Source of the DNA: a virus | Direction: 5' to 3' (one strand) | Virus record (IMG/VR): IMGVR_UViG_3300028558_000016 | Span: 406,014 to 470,013 of that record | DNA: 64,000 bases | Part shown: in pieces, positions 8,457 to 14,506 of the stretch | How positions within the stretch are numbered: position 1 is the first letter of the stretch | How the letters are laid out: every line of letters begins with the position of its first letter | Made by a program: the position numbers and the translations under genes | Notes under the pieces: generated by a model | The model's input: only the letters and a program-made list of their open reading frames with translations | Database searches by the model: none | Told to the model about the DNA's origin: nothing

Positions 8457-8530
8457 TGGATTGTAGCTCAATGGTAGAGCGCTGGTTTGTGGAACCAGAT
8501 ATGCGGGTTCGATCCCCGTCTTTCCAACCA
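8457..8530 (+). tRNA. tRNA-His(GTG): tRNA-His (anticodon GTG), class I, encoded CCA; acceptor stem with two U·U mismatches
   Basis: D arm GCTC-AATGGTA-GAGC; anticodon arm CTGGT-TTGTGGA-ACCAG; T arm GCGGG-TTCGATC-CCCGT; 3' ACCA; acceptor TGGATTG/CTTTCCA. Confidence 0.6.
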
Positions 8531-8539
8531 AAAGAAGCA

Positions 8540-9172
8540 ATGATGAAAGAGTTAAAGTTAGATAGCACGTACAAAGGAACGAGAATTCTTGTAGGAAACG
8601 AGAAGCGTGGAATGATCAATGACATGGTCATGATTTTATTGAATCAAGGCTTCACTGAGATTTCCATTCCGATCATTCAGTTGCAAGAAACATTTGCAGG
8701 AAAGGTTGGAGAAGAAAATAACAATCTAATGTTCAATTTTAAAGATCGTGGAGAAAGGAATGTTTGCTTGGCTCCTGAATACACAGCAGTGATTCAACAA
8801 TTGGCAAAGACGAAATACAAACAAGAAAAGGACGTAAAGCTTTTCTATGTGCAAGAATGTTTTAGAGGAGAAAAGCCTCAAGCAGGAAGATACAGACAGT
8901 TTACTCAATTTGGAGTTGAAATTTTAAATCCAAAGAAAGAAACTATGGAAGGATTAAAAGAATTAGCCGTCAGCCTTTTGTCCGGTTATGATTTCAAATT
9001 CAACGTCAACAGTGATGTGACGAGAGGTTTGGATTATTACAAGGACGGAAAAGGATTTGAGATCACATGCGATGAGCTTGGATCAAGCAAACAGATTTGT
9101 GGTGGAGGTTCTTATGAAGGTGGAATGGGTTTTGCAATTGGAATTGATAGGATATTAAAAACACAGTCATGA
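8540..9172 (+). CDS. compact histidyl-tRNA synthetase-like protein (class II catalytic core, about 210 aa; no anticodon-binding domain)
   Basis: Motif 2 CFRGEKPQAGRYRQFTQFGVEIL (compare HisRS FRhERPQkGRYRQFhQ); motif 3 CGGGSYEGGMGFAIGIDRIL; N-terminal GTRILVGNE...EISIPIIQLQETF matches HisRS motif 1; about half the length of canonical HisRS. Confidence 0.75.
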   Translation: MMKELKLDSTYKGTRILVGNEKRGMINDMVMILLNQGFTEISIPIIQLQETFAGKVGEENNNLMFNFKDRGERNVCLAPEYTAVIQQLAKTKYKQEKDVKLFYVQECFRGEKPQAGRYRQFTQFGVEILNPKKETMEGLKELAVSLLSGYDFKFNVNSDVTRGLDYYKDGKGFEITCDELGSSKQICGGGSYEGGMGFAIGIDRILKTQS

Positions 9173-9900
9173 AATATTTAGTAGGAATACAGCCAACAGG
9201 AAAGATCCATATTGGAAACTATATGGGTTGCTTAGCAAAGGGGTTGAGATACCAGGAGCAGGGACACGAAGTAACGTTTCTCATTGCCAACTATCACAGC
9301 ATGACGACAGACTCATACTCTGATGTGACTGAGAAGGAATTGAGAATGCTTGGATGCAAGAACATTGTGCACCAGACTCCGGCTTACACTGAATTGTTCT
9401 TCAAGCTTTGTTGCAAGATGAACCTTGGAGTTTTGCAGAAGATGCCTCAGTACAAGGATAAAAAGGAAAGTGTTGATTTCGATATGGGGATTCTTTTATA
9501 TCCAGTTCTAATGGCAGCAGACATCATCATGAATGATCCTGATGTTGTGTTGGTTGGAAGAGACCAGGTTCCACACATGGAATTGACGAACGATATTGCA
9601 AAAAGAGTTGGAGTAACAAAGAGGTTTGAATACGAGCTTGGGGATGTTGAAAAGGTGATGTCGTTAATTGATCCAACAATGAAGATGTCAAAGTCATCTG
9701 GCGAAGCTCACGTGCTTTACCTATTTGACGAGGATTACAGTAACAAATTGAAAAGAGCAAACATGAACGGAGAAGGACTCATTAATATACAAAAGATAGG
9801 AGACTTCTTTGGAATAGAAAGAAACGATATGAATTCCATATACAAAGAAAATATAGCAATAAAACTGTCATCGGTGTTCGGCACCGTCCCGGTGACTTAA
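9169..9900 (+). CDS. compact tryptophanyl-tRNA synthetase-like protein (class Ic; 243 aa; C-terminal anticodon-binding region truncated)
   Basis: GIQPTGKIHIGNYMG matches the TrpRS N-terminus (SGxQPSGelTIGNYxG); YPVLMAADI; VGRDQVPHMELTNDIAKR; KMSKS at residues 172–176; ATGA overlap with the HisRS-like stop. Confidence 0.75.
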   Translation: MKYLVGIQPTGKIHIGNYMGCLAKGLRYQEQGHEVTFLIANYHSMTTDSYSDVTEKELRMLGCKNIVHQTPAYTELFFKLCCKMNLGVLQKMPQYKDKKESVDFDMGILLYPVLMAADIIMNDPDVVLVGRDQVPHMELTNDIAKRVGVTKRFEYELGDVEKVMSLIDPTMKMSKSSGEAHVLYLFDEDYSNKLKRANMNGEGLINIQKIGDFFGIERNDMNSIYKENIAIKLSSVFGTVPVT

Positions 9901-9922
9901 ATAAAACCGGTGCCGTCCAAAT

Positions 9923-10007
9923 GGGCGTGTACCGGTGGAATCTTATACATTCTATACCCGTAGTCTGGTCGTTGAAAACGGGGGTTCAAATCCCTCCACG
10001 CCTACCA
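9923..10007 (+). tRNA. atypical tRNA-like gene (no recognisable D arm; anticodon-like hairpin with TAT; encoded CCA)
   Basis: Acceptor GGGCGTG/CACGCCT; T arm GGGGG-TTCAAAT-CCCTC; 3' ACCA; the only 5+7+5 hairpin is GGAAT-CTTATAC-ATTCT; a 26-nt extra segment precedes the T arm; 85 nt in total. Confidence 0.4.
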
Positions 10008-10011
10008 AATT

Positions 10012-10050
10012 TAGCTTCATGAATTATGATATATAGTTCATGAAGCATTT
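10012..10050 (+). promoter_or_regulatory. 9-bp inverted repeat spanning the start codon of the downstream ORF
   Basis: CTTCATGAA-TTATGATATATAG-TTCATGAAG; the ATG of ORF 10040 lies in the 3' arm. Confidence 0.4.
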
Positions 10051-10576
10051 ACAGACATATCAGCAGCTTAACGAGAGCATGATAGATTCCAATTTGAAGA
10101 AGGAATTTGCATTTACCCTAAAACAAATGGATGAAATTTCCAATGCAATACTCAATGCAAAAGATTTCAAGAACAGGGTAAAGCTTATGAAGAAAGAAAA
10201 CCCAGATATTGGAAAAGCTATGGGAGATTACAAAGAATATCTTGATCTCGCCACCAAGGTGCAAAAAATAGTAAAACAAATTAGATCAAAAGGACTTTCT
10301 TCAGACAGAAGAAAAGCGACTAAACAATTGAGAGCCATCCAGGGGTTTTCTGGTACACTTAAAACAGTTTTCGATAATTTGAATAAGTTTGATAAAAAAA
10401 CCAAAAAGGGTTTTGAAAGCAACGAAGGAATAGCAACCATCATTGGAAATACATTAAGAAATATATTGACTGGTCAGTTCATAGTTAACATATTAAAAAC
10501 CATAAAAGGAAATTTAATGGATTCACAAGCAGAACTAACTACTGTGCAAGATGTATTTGATATAAAAGATTATTAA
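10040..10576 (+). CDS. hypothetical protein (178 aa); the N-terminus MKHLQTYQQLNE weakly resembles the MKHIKLFE leader family
   Basis: ORF with a loosely similar N-terminal motif. Confidence 0.45.
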   Translation: MKHLQTYQQLNESMIDSNLKKEFAFTLKQMDEISNAILNAKDFKNRVKLMKKENPDIGKAMGDYKEYLDLATKVQKIVKQIRSKGLSSDRRKATKQLRAIQGFSGTLKTVFDNLNKFDKKTKKGFESNEGIATIIGNTLRNILTGQFIVNILKTIKGNLMDSQAELTTVQDVFDIKDY

Positions 10577-10577
10577 T

Positions 10578-10817
10578 ATGCAAAAGATTAAGGACGCTTT
10601 AAAATGGATGGTTTGTACCAAGCTTGGATGGTTGATAATATCATTCTTATGGATTGGTGTGTTCATGATAATAAACGATAACATAGAATCTGGATGGGCC
10701 TTTTGGGTTGCAATTCCAGGATTCGCATACATCATAGGTTTATTCCTTGTCATGATGTTTTATGCGGTAAAGAATACGATAGGAGACATAAAAGAAAATA
10801 GAAATGAAAAATCTTAA
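10578..10817 (+). CDS. small membrane protein (2 predicted TM helices)
   Basis: Hydrophobic stretches WLIISFLWIGVFMII and FAYIIGLFLVMMFYAV. Confidence 0.45.
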   Translation: MQKIKDALKWMVCTKLGWLIISFLWIGVFMIINDNIESGWAFWVAIPGFAYIIGLFLVMMFYAVKNTIGDIKENRNEKS

Positions 10818-11100
10818 AAAGTTCGGTGAGTTAAACGAGGGTGGATTAGGTTATGAAAACAACAAAACGCTTCCTCCATCTGGGACACACATAAAATATG
10901 TTGCTGACACAACAGATCCAAAGACCAAAAAAATTCTCAAGATTATTTGGAATTCATGGGACGAGGCAAAAAGGAAACAGATGCTTAACAAAATGGGACA
11001 CAGCGAAAAGTATTTTGATGCTTCTTTTGAAGACCTGACAGGAGAGATCCAAGGAAAGATCGTAATGCTTGATGCCTCATTGCCAGAAAACAAGCGATAA
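10804..11100 (+). CDS. MKHIKLFE-leader family member on the + strand (N-terminus MKNLKKFGELNE)
   Basis: N-terminus matches the MKNIKxFxELNE sub-variant found in the 62–64 kb array. Confidence 0.5.
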   Translation: MKNLKKFGELNEGGLGYENNKTLPPSGTHIKYVADTTDPKTKKILKIIWNSWDEAKRKQMLNKMGHSEKYFDASFEDLTGEIQGKIVMLDASLPENKR

Positions 11101-11140
11101 AATAAATTTTTTAGTTTCAAATATAATACCTATATTTGTA
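11101..11140 (+). promoter_or_regulatory. Bacteroidota-type promoter; copy 2 of the conserved module
   Basis: AATAAATTTTTTAGTTTCAAATATAATACCTATATTTG, with a −7-like TATATTTG at 11131–11138. Confidence 0.6.
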
Positions 11141-11338
11141 AAAGATTAAGAAACAAAGAAAACCGCAAGGTATATAAGATACAAATGATGAATACAGTAA
11201 ATATTACCCGAATTATTAGGATTAGACGCAGATCAGCGACTCGCCTGGGTAGTATTATTTTATCATGAAAGTTTTAAGGATTTAGAAAACTATGAATGGA
11301 ATAAGCCCAGGACGAAAGTTCTGGGCTTTTTTCATTTT
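11141..11338 (+). ncRNA. candidate about 190-nt small RNA with a 6-codon mini-ORF; paralogous to the 7.6-kb element
   Basis: Promoter followed by AAGGTATATAAG, then a mini-ORF ATGAAAGTTTTAAGGATTTAG at 11265–11285, then terminator AGCCCAG-GACGAAAGTT-CTGGGCT followed by TTTTTT. Confidence 0.4.
11306..11338 (+). terminator. rho-independent terminator
   Basis: AGCCCAG...CTGGGCT stem followed by TTTTTT. Confidence 0.7.
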
Positions 11339-11382
11339 AAAAATATCGAAAATGAAATGGTTTAAGAAATTACAGGAAATAA

Positions 11383-11466
11383 CGGCACGTACTCAGACCA
11401 TCCTGATAAGATGGATAACTTGTAGCGGTGTTGCAAACGTGGGTTCAAATCCCTCCGTGCCGACCA
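11383..11466 (+). tRNA. atypical tRNA-like gene (anticodon-like hairpin GAT; no recognisable D arm; long extra segment; encoded CCA)
   Basis: Acceptor CGGCACG/CGTGCCG perfect; hairpin CCATC-CTGATAA-GATGG (canonical Ile-GAU loop); only 6 nt between position 9 and the hairpin; 24-nt extra segment; T arm GTGGG-TTCAAAT-CCCTC; ACCA end. Confidence 0.4.
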
Positions 11467-11737
11467 TGAAAAATATGTTGTATAAAACCGCAAGAAGGTC
11501 GTTGTCAAAAAAGACAAACAGACATTTGAGACAAACCACGTTTCTCTACGAGATGTGTGGAAATGATTTTCAAAAGCTGTTAAAGGTGGAAGAGAGATTG
11601 AAAAATTATTTTCTCTTTTATTGTCCAGGCGATCCTGAAGAAGTGGAAAAAGTTTTGGCATTGCCTGAAAAATTTTTATTGAACGATAAGAAGTGGCAAG
11701 ATGGATCAAAATATTTTTGCTTAGAAGAATTTTACGA

Positions 11738-11811
11738 CGGAATGTAGCTCAGTTGGTTAGAGCACCCGCCTGATACGCGGTAGGTCGGCAGTTCGAATCT
11801 GCCCATTCCGA
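11738..11811 (+). tRNA. tRNA-Ile(GAT): tRNA-Ile (anticodon GAT), canonical cloverleaf
   Basis: Acceptor CGGAATG/CATTCCG; D arm GCTC-AGTTGGTTA-GAGC; anticodon loop CTGATAC; T arm GGCAG-TTCGAAT-CTGCC. Confidence 0.75.
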
Positions 11812-11814
11812 CAG

Positions 11815-11960
11815 ATGTCCTTAGCTCAGTGGTTAGAGTATTATGCTGATAAAAGGTTTTAGATCTTGTAATGGAAAAATATCACGGCTCATAACCGTGG
11901 TACCAAAACAAAAATTTAAAATGCACATAAGGGTCGGTGGTTCGAATCCATCAGGACATG
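11815..11960 (+). tRNA. tRNA (Ile-GAT-like) interrupted by an about 72-nt insertion in the anticodon loop
   Basis: Acceptor ATGTCCT/AGGACAT perfect; D arm GCTC-AGTGGTTA-GAGT; anticodon-stem halves TTATG ... CATAA separated by 72 nt that begin CTGATAA and contain the hairpin CACGG-CTCATAA-CCGTG; T arm GGTGG-TTCGAAT-CCATC. Confidence 0.5.
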
Positions 11961-11969
11961 CATAAAAAT

Positions 11970-12043
11970 GCCCGCGTAGCTCAACTGGATAGAGCACCTG
12001 ACTACGGATCAGGAGGTTTAGAGTTCGAATCTCTACGTGGGTA
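11970..12043 (+). tRNA. tRNA-Arg(ACG): tRNA-Arg (anticodon ACG)
   Basis: D arm GCTC-AACTGGATA-GAGC; anticodon arm CCTGA-CTACGGA-TCAGG; T arm TAGAG-TTCGAAT-CTCTA. Confidence 0.75.
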
Positions 12044-12047
12044 CATT

Positions 12048-12121
12048 GGTTTTGTAGCTCAATTGGATAGAGCAATTCCGTCCTAAGGAAAAGGTTATAG
12101 GTTCGAGTCCTATCAAGATCA
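12048..12121 (+). tRNA. tRNA-Arg(CCT): tRNA-Arg (anticodon CCT)
   Basis: D arm GCTC-AATTGGATA-GAGC; anticodon loop GTCCTAA; T arm ATAGG-TTCGAGT-CCTAT; acceptor GGTTTTG/CAAGATC with two G·U pairs. Confidence 0.65.
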
Positions 12122-12126
12122 CAAAT

Positions 12127-12199
12127 GCCTGCGTAGCTCAGTGGACAGAGCGCCGGTCTTCGGAACCGGGCGTCGGGAGTTCGAATCTCTCCGTGGGTA
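12127..12199 (+). tRNA. tRNA-Arg(TCG): tRNA-Arg (anticodon TCG)
   Basis: D arm GCTC-AGTGGACA-GAGC; anticodon arm CCGGT-CTTCGGA-ACCGG; T arm GGGAG-TTCGAAT-CTCTC. Confidence 0.75.
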
Positions 12200-12223
12200 C
12201 TGAAGTAAAATGGAATTAAATAT

Positions 12224-12313
12224 GCCCGTGTAGCCGAGGAAGTTTTCTAAACTTTTATCCGTAATTGGAGCTGCGTCTCACGACTAATGGGGGTTCGAAT
12301 CCCTCCACGGGTA
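12224..12313 (+). tRNA. atypical tRNA-like gene (anticodon-like hairpin TCT; no recognisable D arm; 33-nt extra segment; 90 nt)
   Basis: Acceptor GCCCGTG/CACGGGT; hairpin GAAGT-TTTCTAA-ACTTT; T arm GGGGG-TTCGAAT-CCCTC; same architecture as the elements at 9923 and 11383. Confidence 0.4.
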
Positions 12314-12328
12314 CTTAAAATTAAAGTT

Positions 12329-13492
12329 ATGAAAATTGATATTGATAAAATAAAACAGATCCCCAAAGAGATTTCGGAAGAATTTGGGATGTGCGTCTAT
12401 GGACCAATCTCAGATGAGATTAAGGCATGGATGGAATTCCATGGTATGCAATCGCAAAACATGGGAAATTATACAAACATCTATACAGATAAAAACATTA
12501 TTGATCTGTTCAATAAACCAGAACCATTTGAATACATCGATGGGTTCAGTCCAAACCTAAACAAGAATCTTCACATTGGACACTTCTCAAATTTAGTTCT
12601 TGCAAAGGCTTTCGTCTCTCTTGGAATAGCAAAGAAGACTGTGGCAATATTGGGAGACACGTTAGAAGGGGATGTTTCAAAGGAAGATGCGTTGAACAAC
12701 TACAATGAGATATGTGAGAAATTCTCATACCCCGTAGATAAGATGTTCATGGCTTCTGAAATGGAATCTGATTACAACCTCGTGGATGGTGTTCATGAAT
12801 ATGAAGGAACCAAAGTGTTCTATCTTGATACGCCATTAGTTGGAATCAAAAGCGATGGGTCAACAACATATTTCTATCAGGACGTTGCATTGGCACAAAA
12901 ATTAAATGCTCCAACATTATATCTTACAGGAAGCGAACAGAACGGACATTTCAACAGCTTAAAGGAAATGTTTCCTAAAATAAAGCACATTGGACTTGGA
13001 CTTGTAAAAGCAAAAGGAGGAAAGATGTCAAGCAGACTCGGAAATGTTATTTGGATGCAAGATGTCATCGATGAAATGATGAGCAACTTTCAAGACGAAA
13101 AAGTGTGCTATAATGTTTTTGCAGGATTTATTTTGAAATCAACTCCTAAGTCTGAAAAGAACATAGACATATATCAATTGGACAATCCATTGAATTCACC
13201 TGGATTGTACTTAAGCTATACGTTAGCAAAACTAAAAAGCGCTGGAGTGAAATGTGAAGGAAAAACATTCACCTCTCAAGATCTTCAATTCAAATACATG
13301 AAGGCCTTGAACTCTCTTTCTCCAAATATTTTGCTTGAAGGTTTAATTGATCATGCAAAGAAGATAAGCGGTTTATACATCACTCACAAGATAAAAGATA
13401 ATGCGGTGAACCAGTCCATGTTTGAAATATTGGGTTCAGATTTATTATTAGGAATGAGCCTCCTGGGTTTATTTGATGTTGACAAGGTTTAA
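12329..13492 (+). CDS. compact arginyl-tRNA synthetase-like protein (class I; 388 aa versus about 570 aa canonical)
   Basis: HIGH motif SPNLNKNLHIGHFSN; ArgRS-specific KMSSRLGN in place of KMSKS (compare ArgRS kkMSTRkG) followed by ...QDVIDE; starts 16 nt after the last tRNA-like gene. Confidence 0.7.
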   Translation: MKIDIDKIKQIPKEISEEFGMCVYGPISDEIKAWMEFHGMQSQNMGNYTNIYTDKNIIDLFNKPEPFEYIDGFSPNLNKNLHIGHFSNLVLAKAFVSLGIAKKTVAILGDTLEGDVSKEDALNNYNEICEKFSYPVDKMFMASEMESDYNLVDGVHEYEGTKVFYLDTPLVGIKSDGSTTYFYQDVALAQKLNAPTLYLTGSEQNGHFNSLKEMFPKIKHIGLGLVKAKGGKMSSRLGNVIWMQDVIDEMMSNFQDEKVCYNVFAGFILKSTPKSEKNIDIYQLDNPLNSPGLYLSYTLAKLKSAGVKCEGKTFTSQDLQFKYMKALNSLSPNILLEGLIDHAKKISGLYITHKIKDNAVNQSMFEILGSDLLLGMSLLGLFDVDKV

Positions 13493-13549
13493 TTAATTTT
13501 TCGTAAATTAGTCTTGCGCATCTATTTATAAACTGATAATCTAAATCAA

Positions 13550-14506
13550 ATGGCAACCAAAACATCTAAAGCCGCAACAGGAACCGTGAAAGCACGAACA
13601 GCAGGAAGAAAAGCAACGACATCAACAAAGACACCAATGAAAGCAGAAACTACATTGGAACCAAAAAAGGCCTCGAAGATTAAAATAAGTGGAAAAGAAG
13701 TTACATTGAACGGGTATTTTAAAATTGAATTGGGAACCTTTTCGATTTTAAAGCACAACATCCGAAACAACATAAGCACTCTTTTAATAGGTCCAACAGG
13801 ACTTGGAAAAACAGATGTCGCAGTTAACATTGCGTCTGTGCTCGATGTTCCTATAACCATATTTGATATGGGAACGATGACTGACCCCATCATGGGACTT
13901 GTTGGAACTCACGTCATAGAGGTTAAAGATGGAAAAACATATTCTGAATTCAAGAAAAGCAGATTCTCTGACGTCATCCAAAAACCAGGAATAGTTTTAT
14001 TGGATGAGGTCAATCGTGCTGCATCAGCCGCTAACAACTTATTATTTCCTTGTTTAGATTTCAGAAGAGAGCTTCCAATGGAATATTCGTTTGGAGATAC
14101 TAAGCCAATTCCAATTCATCCTAAATGTGTTTTCTTTGCAACGGCAAATATAGGATCTCAGTATACCGGAACTCACAAGCTTGACAGAGCATTAATCGAT
14201 AGGTTCATGATTATTGCAGTTGATAGTCTCAACACTCAACAAATTATGTCCACGTTAGAAGTGACTCATTCTAAATTAAGTGAGACTGACAGAAAAAAGA
14301 TTGTTGACATTTACAACAAGATAAACAAAGAGCATGACGATTTCAAAATAGGTTTCAATTTGTCAATACGACATTTGAAAACTGTTGCGACACTTGTGCA
14401 AAACAAGTTCACGATATATGATGCGTATTATGCAATATGCAAAGGACTTGGTGGACCAGAAGGATTAAAAGCTATTGAATCGATCTTAAGCACCTCTAAA
14501 AAATGA
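13550..14506 (+). CDS. MoxR/CobS-like AAA+ ATPase
   Basis: Walker A LLIGPTGLGKTDVA; Walker B VLLDEVNRA (the DExNRA form typical of MoxR/CobS); K/T-rich N-terminal tail. Confidence 0.7.
   Translation: MATKTSKAATGTVKARTAGRKATTSTKTPMKAETTLEPKKASKIKISGKEVTLNGYFKIELGTFSILKHNIRNNISTLLIGPTGLGKTDVAVNIASVLDVPITIFDMGTMTDPIMGLVGTHVIEVKDGKTYSEFKKSRFSDVIQKPGIVLLDEVNRAASAANNLLFPCLDFRRELPMEYSFGDTKPIPIHPKCVFFATANIGSQYTGTHKLDRALIDRFMIIAVDSLNTQQIMSTLEVTHSKLSETDRKKIVDIYNKINKEHDDFKIGFNLSIRHLKTVATLVQNKFTIYDAYYAICKGLGGPEGLKAIESILSTSKK

Noticed and set aside
9860-9925. Inverted repeat CGGCACCG ... CGGTGCCG at the 3' end of the TrpRS-like gene, considered as a terminator
   Set aside because: The 20-nt loop and lack of a T-run make a terminator unlikely; it may be a processing structure, but the evidence is too weak to call.
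11292-11747. 151-aa ORF (and antisense ORFs 11362–11709, 11833–12075, 8073–8540, 8347–8631)
   Set aside because: These run straight through tRNA genes and terminators, so they are artefacts of AT-rich sequence.
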